A stretch of DNA of 64,000 nucleotides from Hormiphora californensis (lineage: Eukaryota > Animalia > Ctenophora). Positions within the stretch are counted from its first letter, which is position 1. Every line of letters begins with the position of its first letter. Below, one piece after another: positions 11,529-24,952 of this stretch. The stretch lies in assembly GCA_020137815.1 (NCBI GenBank), contig CM035359.1:4092001-4156000 (forward strand). Reading direction: 5' to 3'. The position numbers were made by a program, and so were the translations under genes. Below the pieces are notes generated by a model, which made no database searches, had not been told where the DNA came from, and saw nothing but the letters and a program-made list of their open reading frames with translations.

Positions 11529-13355
11529 GTAGGGAAGCTGAGAGATGGAGTAAATGGGAGGTAGGTAAGCTGAGAGATGGAGTAAATGGGAGGTAGGGTA
11601 TCTGAGAGATGGAGTAAATGGCAGGTAGGGAAGCTGAGATATGGAGTAAATGGGAGGTAGGTAAGCTGAGAGATGGAGTAAATGGGAGGTAGGGAAGCTG
11701 AGAGATGGAGTAAATGGGAGGTAGGGTAGCTGACTAGCTGAGAGATGGAGTAGATGAGGAGTAGGGTAGCGGAGAGATGGACTAGATTAGGGGTAGGGTA
11801 GCTGAAAGATGGAGTTGATGAGGGCTAGGGAAGCATAGAGATGGAAACGATTATGGATAGGGATTCCCTACCCCTAATCGTTTCCATCTCTATGCTTCCC
11901 TAATAGGGAAGCTGAGAGATTGAGTAGATGAGGAGTAGGGTAGCTGAGAGATGGACTAGATAAGGGGTAGGGTAGCTGAAAGATGGAGTAGATGAGGGGT
12001 AGGGTAGCTGAAAGATGGAGTAGATGAGAGGTAGGGTAGCTGAGAGATCGAGTTGATGAGGGGTAGGATAGCTGAGAGATGGAGTAGATCAAGATCAAGA
12101 AATATTTGATTCGGCACCGACCCTCTCTCTACTCCTCGATGTTTCCCGCCACGTTCTGCAGCTGCTGTGTGAGAGTTGAACGCGAGCGCGTCAATAACAT
12201 GACACGACATGCAACACGACATGCGAGATGCGAATTTCATTATTTTGAAGTTTTGTGGGGTTGCGATTTTTGTTTTAGGTCGGAGAGTGAAACGGCCGGT
12301 ACAGTGGTAAACTAGATTAAAAACTGTACGCCTCATTAGACGGCGATTTTTCCTATCTTGTCTGGTTCCTGAGATATGGCCCCCTAAAGAGTTGGTGTCT
12401 CAAACTGCTGAATCGGGGTCACGCGAGGAAAATGGGCATCAGTTTGCGTGTACTGCTCCGTTTTTCACGGGACTTGAACGAGGGTGACGGCAAGAGTCTC
12501 ACCTATTACATGATATCCTTACATTGTGTATTAAATCTAAAATGACTGAGCAGCATGCTTGTTAATGAACCTTGACGTGTTTGCTTGTCTCGCAAGCGCG
12601 CTCGCGACTAGCAAACACGACATGCAGTTCACACCCTGTTATAATTCTCTCTTCATTTAATTCCAAAGTGTCTTCTAGAATGTCTAAGACTGCACGGGTT
12701 CCTACTCATACTATTTCCTTGCTTTTGCCTTTTATATATATTGACCACCGTCCATGCTATTTGTTGCTCATTTATATTTGCAATTCATTGTTTCAAACCG
12801 AGCTGGTCCTTTGTTTTAGTCCTCTACGAATAATGGACCTTACAACCAATATACTTGTTTGTTTTATACTATAGCCGCGCCGCACCCAATCGGAAAACTG
12901 TTAATTTTAAACTGTAAAAGGGTCTATGAATAACACTTTTTGTTGCATTGTTCAGCGTAGAAAGACACGACAATTTTAGATAGTCAACTGTTGAAACTGT
13001 TCTCCATTTACTTTCAGCTTTCAGCATCTCCTTTATAGCCTTCAAATAGTTTCCAGCCTACCCATGCCCTTACCCTAAGATAGTCATGCATACCTCCTAA
13101 CTTAATTTATTGGTGACTGGGCCGATGGAATCTTTCAGGTGTGCCCTAAGCATATCTCCTAACTTTTTTGGATTTAATTTGTTGGTGATTGGGATGACAC
13201 GAACCAAACAATTTGCTGTCAGCATCAAGGCTAGTACTGCAGAATGACGAGCTAACTAGGATACGCTTGGATTGTGCTGCCTATGCCGTACACTGCAGTT
13301 TCGACAGTGATGAGCAAATTAGCGTCTAATCAGGGGACCACAAACACCGTCCCCG

Positions 13356-13424
13356 CTGTCAGGCCAATGCTCTGACCACAGTTCTCGCGCGCTCCGAGAA
13401 TGGGTCAGGCCAATGCTCTGACAG
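13356..13424. repeat. Short dispersed repeat family with doubled GGCCAATGCTCTGAC and CTGTCAG...CTGACAG ends
   Basis: Related copies near 3712-3825, 7158-7217, 32222-32248, 51811-51896, 54623-54702. Confidence 0.7.
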
Positions 13425-14194
13425 CGTCCCCGCCTTTCTGCCGATCCCAGGCTGTTGAGAAAGTGTTGTAATCCATCCATACTGTACGGATTGCATGGTA
13501 CGCTTTTCTCCCTACCAGTACCAGCTCAATCCATTAGGAGCGTTATATTAAACATCGTAAACATATCGCTCCACACATCTCTCCACGAGTTGTTAACTGG
13601 AATGACTGCAGGAAGCCATGGAGCTAATGCCCATTAGTTTCTAGACACTATATTTACACCACCATAATTATACTAATTATAGATTTCATACCTGCAACCG
13701 AGCATTATTATACATTATAATTATTATGTATGTGTCCTGTTGAACAAATGCAAATATAAATTTATAGTCCGTTCTAATTGACTGTCAGTTTCACGGACAC
13801 TGAGCACAAGTTCTGCAGTTGAAGTGAGATTCATCGCTTCCTCTAAAATTAGACGTTTCCTCTTTCATCCAGCTCGCTCCAAAATACCACCTAGAACTCC
13901 CCAATTGCTGGCAAATTTGACCACCAGTTTTGTTGAGACTCAACACAATGGAGGATCATTATAGGTGTAATACTTGACCAGTCCTAGATTACCAAAGAGG
14001 CTGTTTTCCTAGCTAATACCCACTTTGAAGGTGCAAAAAGCTTGATGGCAAGAGATGTTAGACTCAGTATACTTTTCCGCAAAGGCTATTTTTCCCTTCA
14101 AAATTTCTTGTACGATTATGTAAAGCCCCTTTTAGTTGCCTATGTAGTACATAATTCCCTAACGTCTCAATTAGTAAATCAATCATCCTAGCAG

Positions 14195-14447
14195 GGATCA
14201 AGTCCAATACCCCGCGGTGGCCATGGTGAAGACTCCGCCATACCAGAGAATCAAACTGCAACCAAGTTACATGCACTACCGCCCATCAACTACCCAAGCT
14301 CCGGGATCACGAGACAAGGTCATTATCCCAGGAGGTGCTAGGGGTCGGTCTGTCAGTGCTGGGAGTGGGCTGATCCGATCAAGGGCCGGGAATAGGAGGA
14401 GCCTGCAGAGGAGAGCATCGGTAGCACTGGTGAATGGAAGTGAAGAG
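14195..14447 (+). CDS. Candidate coding exon (module A, exon 3, or stand-alone first exon from ATG 14223)
   Basis: ctagcag|g-DQVQYPAVAMVKTPPYQR...RRSLQRRASVALVNGSEE|gtatgt; GCCATGG context; phase-0 donor. Confidence 0.55.
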
Positions 14448-14499
14448 GTATGTAGAGATAGAGATAGAGATGGAGATGAGATGAATGAGAGGGATGGAT

Positions 14500-14745
14500 A
14501 AAAGGAGGGGATGGGGTGGAATGGGTGGGATGGAGGAGTGGGTGGGGATGAGTGGAGGGGAATGGGGTGGGTGGGTGGGTGGGGAATGGGTGGGTGGAGG
14601 GGTGGGTGGGTGGGTGGGTGGGTGGGTTTTTAATGGGTGGGTGGGTTTTTTGGAGGGTGGGTGGGTGGGATGGGTGGTGGGTGGAGTGGGGTTGGGTTTT
14701 GGGGGAGTGAGATGGAGATGGGGTTAATGGGTGGGTGGGTTGGGT
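14500..14745. repeat. (GGGT)n-rich low-complexity tract
   Basis: Direct reading. Confidence 0.9.
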
Positions 14746-16164
14746 TAAATCCGGGGGGGTTTGTTTCAATTGAAGGGGTTTGTGAAAAAGGGGCCTTTTG
14801 GGAATTAGGCAAAAATATCACGGGATATAATATCACATGATTTCGACTTTGATTTTTCCACGTTTATTTAAAATTTCCAAAGACATTAAAAAATAGTTTA
14901 TATTCTTTCATGAAACCAACTGCTTATTATTAGTGCTAATTGGCGATAACGTCATAAATCACATAATTACGACTAATTAGTGAAGGGGGTGGTAGAGACC
15001 TGTGGGATGGTTCTTTGGACTTTTTATAGAGTCCTAATCATATCAGAAAGTCAAATTTAAAATTCCAGACCCAACTTCCCACAACCGACCCTACTATAAT
15101 AAACAGGCCGCCGCGCATCAAAAAATATTTTAACAGCCTGAAGGTTGCTGTTTCGACGAATCTCCCAACTTCGGGTCGGACGAGGGGGAAGCTTGCCTTT
15201 TGCGATCCTTAAGAACAAAGAAAGGTCTTTTTTTGGGGGGGGGGGGGGCAAAAAAACATGTCAACGATTGTGGCCACACCGTTGAGATATCGACTTGAAA
15301 TTTGTAGGCATGTTTGTGTATCCTTTGTGTCATGACGTTGGCGGATTTTTGAATTTTTAATTAATAATTAATTATAGGTAATTAAAAACGGTGCAAGGGC
15401 ACCGTGCCCCTGCACATTGCGTGTTATGTCCCTTGCACCGCGCCCTTGCACCAAATTCTATTTCCCTTCTGCTTAAAATATCGACTTGAAACTTTGTAGG
15501 AATGTTCTTCAATCATAAAAGATGATGTTCGAAAAGTCAGGAATCGTCAAATTAATAATTAGTTAGTTAGAGCCGTGCAAAAAATGGAATTTGGTGCAAG
15601 GGCAGGCAATGTGCACAAGGGCAAATGTGCAAGGGCAGCCCTTGCACCCAATTTTAGGATCGAACTGGTCCAGCAACCGTTTAATATTTGAACACGAAAC
15701 TTTCTATGCATGTTCTAGTAGCATAACTACGAGTACTAGAAGAGCCGTCATGATTTATAATATATTTCAATTAGGTAATTTAATTAGTAGGCAAATTAAT
15801 TAAATTTGACCCCTGAACAATTTGTGCAAAATTTACCCTGAACACGTGCCCGTGCAGACCCATTTGTTTGGCCCATGCACTAAATATATTTCCGTTTGTT
15901 TCTGCTTAAAATATCGACTTGAAATTCTAGGAACATGTTCTTCATGCATTAAAAACAGATAATCATAATCTACAGGAAAGTGGAAATAGTCAAAATAATT
16001 AATTAATTACCTAGCAGATAACTTTTGGGGGGGCCGCTTGCACAATTTTGGCAAATTGATATTACAAACTTTGAGCCTTTGTGAAAAGTAATGAAATTTT
16101 TTATTTCAGGTTATGATGAACAAATAAGCTATAAAACGCCCCTTTTTGTTACACAAGCCTGTGC

Positions 16165-16244
16165 TTGGTATCGAAGACACCTCACACTCTGTCGCCGGGC
16201 GACCTTCGCGTGCACACGCTGGCAAGGGGTAACTTCGTAACCAA
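16165..16244. mobile_element. 80-bp Mutator-like MITE (also at 20491-20570 and 30053-30132)
   Basis: Imperfect TIR TTGGT..CGAAG..ACC / GGGGTAACTTCGTAACCAA; 9-bp TSD AGCCTGTGC. Confidence 0.75.
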
Positions 16245-16394
16245 AGCCTGTGCATTGTGCATAATGAAATGGATAAATTTTCATCCAGTTGCTGGCGATA
16301 GAACTCGATAGAGTTCGATTGATTTACCATGACAACGGAGTTGGTTACCATACTAACCAGAGAATTCGTTGTAAAATAGTCCTTTCTTGCTATA

Positions 16395-18020
16395 AGCTCA
16401 TTTCTGCTTTATTTTACAAGGCCTCAAAGTGTGTGGATAATTTTTGTGTGGATAACGGTGCTCATCCAAAGTGGATAAATGGTATGGTCCTGAAACTTTC
16501 GTGGATAATTCTGCATCTTATTACACCTATTTTGACACTACAAAGAAAGAAAAAATGCTAAACCAACGTGGATAATTATCCATTTTCTAGTAAAAAAGCG
16601 ACTCAACCAAGGATTAGGGACATTATTTCGGCTTCAGATTTATTTTAATCAGTTCGCCAATCTATTCGTCATCTATTTGACTAATTACTGGTGCTCAAAA
16701 CTGACTCAACTGCTGTGGATAAGCTTATTTGTGATCACTACTTTAAATCATTAGTTTCACTATCTTTTGCTGGTAACTAACAACTCAAATTGTGGGTAAT
16801 TTTAGGAATTAGAACTCAGAAGAGTTGCTCAACCGATGTGGATTCAATTAATAGTCTTAATTATCAATAAGGGGATCCAACATGACTCAACCAGTGTGGA
16901 TAAAAATAAGATTTTGTCAGAAAAACTTATCCACAGAGGTTGAGTTTACTATTTGTGCCAATTAAGTTACTACAATTGATAGCCCCAACGCTTGTGCACG
17001 TAACTTACCCAATTTGGTACTTAAAATCTGCTCAACTTGTGTGGATATTTGTGATCACTACTTTAAATCATTAGTTTCACTATCTTTTGGTGGCAACTAA
17101 CGACTCAAATTGTGGATAATTATAGGAATTTAGAACTCAAAAGTGTTGCTCAACCGATGTCGATTCGATCAGTAGTCTTAATTATCAATAAAGAGATCCA
17201 AAATGACTCAACTAGTGTGGATAAAAATCAAATTTTGTCAGAAAAACTTATCCACAGAGGTTGAGTTAACTGTTTGTACCAAATAAGTTACTGCAATAGA
17301 TAGCCCCAACGCGTGTGCACGTAACTTCCCCAATTTGGTACCCAAAATCCGCTCAACTCGTGTGGATATGCTAGAATTGTGACGTGTGGCTGGTTTTGGT
17401 AGTGGTTTTATCCACACCAGTTGAGTAGAATTATCTGATAATCAGTGTGATTGTTTTGTAAGGTTACATGTCCATCTGTGACCTAGTATTATCTCAAAAA
17501 GATCATTTTCTGATGAATAAATCGTAATTGGGTTCTTTATATTGGTTATCCACACGAGTTGAGTGTTTATTTTGCTCCAGTTTTAACTAATATGAAAATT
17601 TGGGACAATTTCCTACTTACTAAGACTTATATTTTCCAACTTTCAACTTTGTTTCGACCTTTACTTGGTGTCTGAAGTTCAAGTGTTTGAGTATCCACAT
17701 TGGTTGAGTATTTAGCGACTCAACCAATGTTTACTAGGTGACCAAGACGATTATATATATCATTGTTGAAAAAGATTCCTAGAAAAAGCTAACACGAAGT
17801 CAGCAGGTCAAATTTTATAAATATTGTCCTATGATCCACAGCAGTTGAGTAATGTATTTTTTTCTTATCAGATATTAGTTTTCATACATTTGTTTATCTA
17901 CTCCTAAAATTTTATGTACCTGAGATAAGTAGAAGTACCTTAAAAACCAATTTTAGAAATTTTGGTCAGTTTTTGAGACATTAAAATATCTCGAAAATGT
18001 TCCGACTTTCCGACCGGGAC
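16395..18020. repeat. AT-rich segment with ~19 GTGGATA/TATCCAC motifs and a ~320-bp tandem duplication
   Basis: Bipartite CTCAAC-Nx-GTGGATA in both orientations; ~16728-17047 duplicated at ~17048-17369. Confidence 0.75.
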
Positions 18021-21000
18021 CATATATACAAACGTAGGTCTTTTTTTCGGGGGGGGGGGGGGGGGGCAAATTTCAGGCAGCGATTGTGGCCACATTTTTT
18101 GAGATATCGACCTGAAATTTTGTAGGCGTGTTCTAGTAGTATAACTACGTGTCATAACGTGGCCGGATTTTTGATTTTTTGCCTAATTAATTAATTATAG
18201 GTAATTAAAAAGTAGCCCCTGCACCGTGCCCCTGGGCATGGGGTGTTCTGTCCCCTGGGCATTGCCCCTGAGCCGAAATTATCTCCCGATCTGCTTGAAA
18301 TATCGACTTGAAACTTTGTAGGAATGCTCTTCAAGCATAAAAAATGATCTACAAAAAGTTAGAATAGTCAAAATTAAGTAATCAATGAGTTATAGGCATG
18401 CAAAAATGGACATTTCTGGTGCCCCTGAATTTTGCCCCCGAGCATTTGAAAAAACTGCCCCTGGGCAATTTTAAAATTCAAACTGTGGCCACACTGTTTG
18501 ACATATCGATCTAAAACTTTGTAGGCATGTTCTAGTGGTATAACTAAGAGTCACCACGGAGCCTGATTTTTGATTTTTTACTTAATTAATTAATTATAAG
18601 CAATTAAAATTTTAAAATTGCCCCCGCACTAACAAAAGTGGCCCAGGGGCACCTGAGTCGCAATTATCTCCCGATCTGCTTGAAATATCGACTTGAAACT
18701 TTGTAGGAATGCTCTTCAAGCATATAGAAAGGTCTACAAAAGGTGGGAATATTCAAAATTAAGTAATCAATGAGTTATAAGCAATTAAAAAATGGACATT
18801 TTTATGGTGCCCCTGAGCATTGCCCCTGAGCATTTGAAAATATTTTCCGTTCTGCTACAAATATCGACTTGAAACTTTGTAGGAATGCTCTTCAAGCATA
18901 TAGAAAGGTCTACAAAAAGTGGGAATATTCAAAATTAACTATCCAATTAATTATAAGCAATTAAAAAAATGTGCAGTGGCAGTGCAGGGGCAAAAAAAAT
19001 AAAGCATATATATGGCGGGAAAATATTTTGGCGGGAAACCGAAAAATCCCAATAAGCCAAGAACGGGGTGGGGCCAAGGTCTGGCCCACTAGCTTTTGAT
19101 CACCTCATCGAGCCCGATCGAACGCGAATAATGTCGACCTCCCACGACGACCTAAACCCGTAATCCCACGTGGTGCCAGCCAACCGCCAGCCAAACGGAA
19201 AAATCTAGTGATCCTCTATCAGCTGGTATCAAAATCTAAGCTCAAAGTGACCAGGAACTGGTATTATTAGTGCTAATTGGCGATAACGTCATAAATCACA
19301 TAATTACGACTAATTAGTGAACCGGGGGTGGTAGAGACCTGTGGGATGGTTCTTTGGACTTTTTATAGAGTCCCTAATCATATCAGAAAGTCAAATTTAA
19401 AATTCCAGACCCAACTTCCCACAACCGACCCTACTATAATAAACAGGCCGCCGCGCATCAAAAAATATTTTAACAGCCTGAAGGTTGCTGTTTCGACGAA
19501 TCTCCCAACTTCGGGTCGGACGAGGGGAAGCTTGCCTTTTGCGATCATTAAGAACAAAGAAAGGTCTTTTTTTTGGGGGGGGGGGGGGCAAAAAACATGT
19601 CAACGATTGTGGCCACACCGTTTGAGATATCGACTTGAAATTTTGTAGGCATGTTCTTGTAGTATTCCTTTGTGTCATGACGTTGGCGGATTTTTGAATT
19701 TTTAATTAATTAATTAATTATAGGTAATTAAAAACGGTGCAAGGGCACCGTGCCCCTGCACATTGCGTGTTATGTCCCTTGCACCGCACCCTTGCACCAA
19801 ATTCTATTTTTCCGTTCTGCTTAAAATATCGACTTGAAACTTTGTAGGAATGTTCTTCAATCATAAAAGATGATGTTCGAAAAGTGGGAATAGTCAAAAT
19901 TAATTAATTAGTTAGTTAGAGCCGTGCAAAAAATGGAATTTGGTGCAAGGGCAGGCAATGTGCAAGGGCAAATGGTGCAAGGGCAGCCCTTGCACCAATT
20001 TTATGATCGAACTGTGTCCACACCGTTTAATATTTTGACACGAAACTTTCTATGCATGTTCTAGTAGCATAACTACGAGTACTAGAAGAGCCGTATGATT
20101 AATATATCAATTAGGTAATTAATTATAGGCAAATTAATTAAAATTTGCCCCTGCACAATTTGTGCAAATTTCCCCTGAACATGTGCCCTTGCACCATTTT
20201 GTTTGCCCATGCACTAAATTATATTTTCCGTTCTGCTTAAAATATCGACTTGAAACTTTCTAGGAATGTTCTTCATGCATAAAACATATAATATAATCTA
20301 CAGAAAGTGGGAATAGTCAAAATTAATTAATTAATTACTTAGAGATTAATTTTGGGGTGGCCCCTGCACAATTTTGGCAAATTTGATATTCAAACTTTGA
20401 GCCTTTGTGAAAGTAATGAAAATTATTTATTTCAGGTTATGATGAACAATAAGCTATAAAAACGCCCCTTTTTGTTACACAAGCCTGTGCTTGGTATCGA
20501 AGACACCTCACACTCTGTCGCCGGGCGACCTTCGCGTGCACACGCTGGCAAGGGGTAACTTCGTAACCAAAGCCTGTGCATTGTGCATAATGAAATGGAT
20601 AAATTTTCATCCAGTTGCTGGCGATAGAACTCGATAGAGTTCGATTGATTTACCATGACAACGGAGTTGGTTACCATACTAACCAGAGAATTCGTTGTAA
20701 AATAGTCCTTTCTTGCTATAAACTCGGCCTTTAGATAGAAAATTGATTTTATTCTACTCGCACTAATGCAAGGGCATTTCACAGTTTGGTGCCGTTATTT
20801 TTGTCTCTATTTTTAATAGGATTTTGGGATTAGACTGAAAGTATGGGATCATTTGAGAAGTAGTGAAGATTTGAAAATGTTAGCAACTTGCCGGTTCGAC
20901 AAACTAAACCCATATGATTCCAACTTCGGGTCGGACGAGGGGAAGCTTGCCTTTTGCGAACATATATACAAACGTAGGTCTTTTTTTCGGGGGGGGGGGG

Positions 21001-24000
21001 GGGGGGGGCAAATTTCAGGCAGCGATTGTGGCCACATTTTTTGAGATATCGACCTGAAATTTTGTAGGCGTGTTCTAGTAGTATAACTACGTGTCATAAC
21101 GTGGCCGGATTTTTGATTTTTTGCCTAATTAATTAATTATAGGTAATTAAAAAGTAGCCCCTGCACCGTGCCCCTGGGCATGGGGTGTTCTGTCCCCTGG
21201 GCATTGCCCCTGAGCCGAAATTATCTCCCGATCTGCTTGAAATATCGACTTGAAACTTTGTAGGAATGCTCTTCAAGCATAAAAAATGATCTACAAAAAG
21301 TTAGAATAGTCAAAATTAAGTAATCAATGAGTTATAGGCATGCAAAAATGGACATTTCTGGTGCCCCTGAATTTTGCCCCCGAGCATTTGAAAAAACTGC
21401 CCCTGGGCAATTTTAAAATTCAAACTGTGGCCACACTGTTTGACATATCGATCTAAAACTTTGTAGGCATGTTCTAGTGGTATAACTAAGAGTCACCACG
21501 GAGCCTGATTTTTGATTTTTTACTTAATTAATTAATTATAAGCAATTAAAATTTTAAAATTGCCCTCGCACTAACAAAAGTGGCCCAGGGGCACCTGAGC
21601 CGCAATTATCTCCCGATCTGCTTGAAATATCGACTTGAAACTTTGTAGGAATGCTCTTCAAGCATATAGAAAGGTCTACAAAAGGTGGGAATATTCAAAA
21701 TTAATTATCCAATTAATTATAAGCAATTAAAAAATGGACATTTTTCTGGTGCCCCTGAGCATTGCCCCTGAGCATTTGAAAATATTTTCCGTTCTGCTAT
21801 AAATAACGGCGTAAAATTTTGCAGTAATGTAGTTCAAGCATATAGAAAGGCCTACAAAAAGTGGGAATATTCAAAATTAATTATCAAATTAATTATAAGC
21901 AATTAAAAAAATGTGCAGTGGCAGTGCAGGGGCAAAAAAATAAAGCATATATATGGCGGGAAAATATTTTGGCGGGAAACCGAAAAAGCCCAATAAGCCA
22001 AGAACGGGGTGGGGCCAAGGTCTGGCCCACTAGCTTTTGATCACCTCATCGAGCCCGATCGAACGCGACCAATGTCGACCTCCCACGACGACCTAAACCC
22101 CTAATCCCACGTGGTGCCAGCCAACCGCCAGCCAAACGGAAAAATCTAGTGATCCTCTATCAGCTGGTATCAAAATCTAAGCTCTAAGTGACCAGGAATT
22201 GGCATTATTAGTGCTAATTGGCGATAACGTCATAAATCACATAATTACGACTAATTAGTGAACCGGGGGTGGTAGAGACCTGTGGGATGGTACTTTGGAC
22301 TTTTTATAGAGTCCCTAATCATATCAGAAAGTCAAATTTAAAATTCCAGACCCAACTTCCCACAACCGACCCTACTATGATAAACAGGCCGCCGCGCATC
22401 AAAAAATATTTTAATAGCCTGAAGGTTGCTGTTTCGACGAATCTCCCAACTTCGGGTCGGACGAGGGGAAGCTTGCCTTTTGCGATCATATATACAAACG
22501 TAGGTCTTTTTTTCGGGGGGGGGGGGGGGGGGGGGCAAATTTCAGGCAGCGATTGTGGCCACATTTTTTGAGATATCGACCTGAAATTTTCTAGGCGTGT
22601 TCTAGTAGTATAACTACGTGTCATAACGTGGCCGGATTTTTGATTTTTTGCCTAATTAATTAATTATAGGTAATTAAAAAGTAGCCCCTGCACCGTGCCC
22701 CTGAGCATGGGGTGTTCTGTCCCCTGGGCATTGCCCCTGAGCCGAAATTATCTCCCGATCTGCTTGAAATATCGACTTGAAACTTTGTAGGAATGCTCTT
22801 CAAGCATAAAAAATGATCTACAAAAAGTTAGAATAGTCAAAATTAAGTAATCAATGAGTTATAGGCATGCAAAAATGGACATTTCTGGTGCCCCTGAATT
22901 TTGCCCCCGGGCATTTGAAAAAACTGCCCCTGGGCAATTTTAAAATTCAAATTGTGGCCACACTGTTTGACATATCGATCTAAAACTTTGTAGGCATGTT
23001 CTAGTGGTATAACTAAGAGTCACCACGGAGCCTGATTTTTGATTTTTTACTTAATTAATTAATTATAAGCAATTAAAATTTTAAAATTGCCCCTCGCACT
23101 AACAAAAGTGGCCCAGGGGCACCTGAGCCGCAATTATCTCCCGATCTGCTTGAAATATCGACTTGAAACTTTGTAGGAATGCTCTTCAAGCATATAGAAA
23201 GGTCTACAAAAGGTGGGAATATTCAAAATTAATTATCCAATTAATTATAAGCAATTAAAAAATGGACATTTTTCTGGTGCCCCTGAGCATTGCCCCTGAG
23301 CATTTGAAAATATTTTCCGTTCTGCTATAAATAACGGCCTAAAATTTTGCAGTAATGTAGTTCAAGCATATAGAAAGGTCTACAAAAAGTGGGAATATTC
23401 AAAATTGATTATCAAATTAATTATAAGCAATTAAAAAAATGTGCAGTGGCAGTGCAGGGGCAAAAAAATAAAGCATATATATATGGCGGGAAAATATTTT
23501 GGCGGGAAACCGAAAAAGCCCAATAAGCCAAGAACGGGGTGGGGCCAAGGTCTGGCCCACTAGCTTTTGATCACCTCATCGAGCCCGATCGAACGTGACC
23601 AATGTCGACCTCCCACGACGACCTAAACCCCTAATCCCACGTGGTGCCAGCCAACCGCCAGCCAAACGGAAAAATCTAGTGATCCTCTATCAGCTGGTAT
23701 CAAAATCTAAGCTCTAAGTGACCAGGAACTGACATTATTAGTGCTAATTGGCGATAACGTCGTAAATCACATAATTACGACTAATTAGTGAACCGGGGGT
23801 GGTAGAGACCTGTGGGATGGTACTTTGGACTTTTTATAGAGTCCCTAATCATATCAGAAAGTCAAATTTAAAATTCCAGACCCAACTTCCCACAACCGAC
23901 CCTACTATAATAAACAGGCCGCCGCGCATCAAAAAATATTTTAACAGCCTGAAGGTTGCTGTTTCGACGAATCTCCCAACTTCGGGTCGGACGAGGGGAA

Positions 24001-24516
24001 GCTTGCCTTTTGCGATCATATATACAAACGTAGGTCTTTTTTTCGGGGGGGGGGGGGGGGGGGGGCAAATTTCAGGCAGCGATTGTGGCCACATTTTTTG
24101 AGATATCGACCTGAAATTTTGTAGGCGTGTTCTAGTAGTATAACTACGTGTCATAACGTGGCCGGATTTTTGATTTTTTGCCTAATTAATTAATTATAGG
24201 TAATTAAAAAGTAGCCCCTGCACCGTGCCCCTGAGCATGGGGTGTTCTGTCCCCTGGGCATTGCCCCTGAGCCCAGTGTCAAAGTTCGGGTATCCAGGGA
24301 TCCTGGCTGCTAGTCAATTTTAGCGCCAAAATATCTAGTCAATTTTCTAAAATGGGAAAATTATAGTGAGAAATTGAGAAAATGGTATATTTACTGTTGT
24401 AGCACATTTAAAAAAATGACAAACTTCAAATCACCATAGATATGGATTTTCTCTAATTTACAGAACATTGTTTTGCTCTGATTTTCTGATTTTCACCACC
24501 TCCATTCTTACATTTT

Positions 24517-24588
24517 CCATCAGTGGTGTAGTGGTTACACCATGGACTCTCACCCCGATGATCAGGGTTCGAATCCGGATGGGGTGAT
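24517..24588 (+). pseudogene. tRNA-Glu(CTC)-like sequence
   Basis: A-box TGGTGTAGTGG, CTCTCAC loop, B-box GGTTCGAATCC, downstream T-run; stems imperfect. Confidence 0.6.
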
Positions 24589-24880
24589 TTGGCTTACTTT
24601 TTACTTTCATGATTTTTTCTCTCTTTATTCATACCAGTGTGTTGAAACATGACACTGATAGTGATAACATCACAATATCATAGAAGAACGCTTGTCAGTA
24701 CATATGTGTGAGATCTCGCTCATCGATGTCAGGATCTCTAGTCGGTAGAGAGGGAGTCTAAGAGGTAGCCTGTGATAGTCACGGATCCCGCAGCGCACGA
24801 TAAACTAATTGCTGAAAAGTCATGCTTTGTAGACTAGAGATCCAAACATTATATAGAGCGCTGAATATTGATACAAGCAC

Positions 24881-24952
24881 AAGGTTGGTGGTCTAGTGGT
24901 ATGATTCTCGCCTGTCAATCGGGAGACCCGGGTTCGATCCTCAGGTTTGACA
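24881..24952 (+). pseudogene. tRNA-Asp(GTC)-like sequence
   Basis: A-box TGGTCTAGTGG; CGCCTGTCAATCGGGAGACCCGGGTTCGATCC resembles the tRNA-Asp 3' half; acceptor stem broken; T-run follows. Confidence 0.6.

Larger units (their letters stand above)
8873..12085 (-). repeat. Same 32-bp minisatellite in inverted orientation, interrupted at 10515-11528
   Basis: GGGAGGTAGGGWAGCTGAGAGATGGAGTAAAT units. Confidence 0.95.
7263..12638. mobile_element. 5.4-kb foldback-type non-autonomous DNA transposon with ~550-bp TIRs and internal inverted 32-bp arrays
   Basis: 7263-~7815 is the reverse complement of ~12085-12638; CAGGGTG...CACCCTG termini; TTATA on both flanks. Confidence 0.9.

Noticed and set aside
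14927-16100. Apparent divergence of the first array unit
   Set aside because: Differences from 19264-20420 are mostly single-base indels, consistent with low consensus quality rather than biology
16395-18020. Bacterial oriC or contamination
   Set aside because: Embedded in a eukaryotic repeat array, no bacterial genes nearby, and the boxes are part of a longer bipartite motif; kept only as a motif-array finding
24517-24952. Functional tRNA genes
   Set aside because: Acceptor and anticodon stems do not pair properly; treated as tRNA-like pseudogenes
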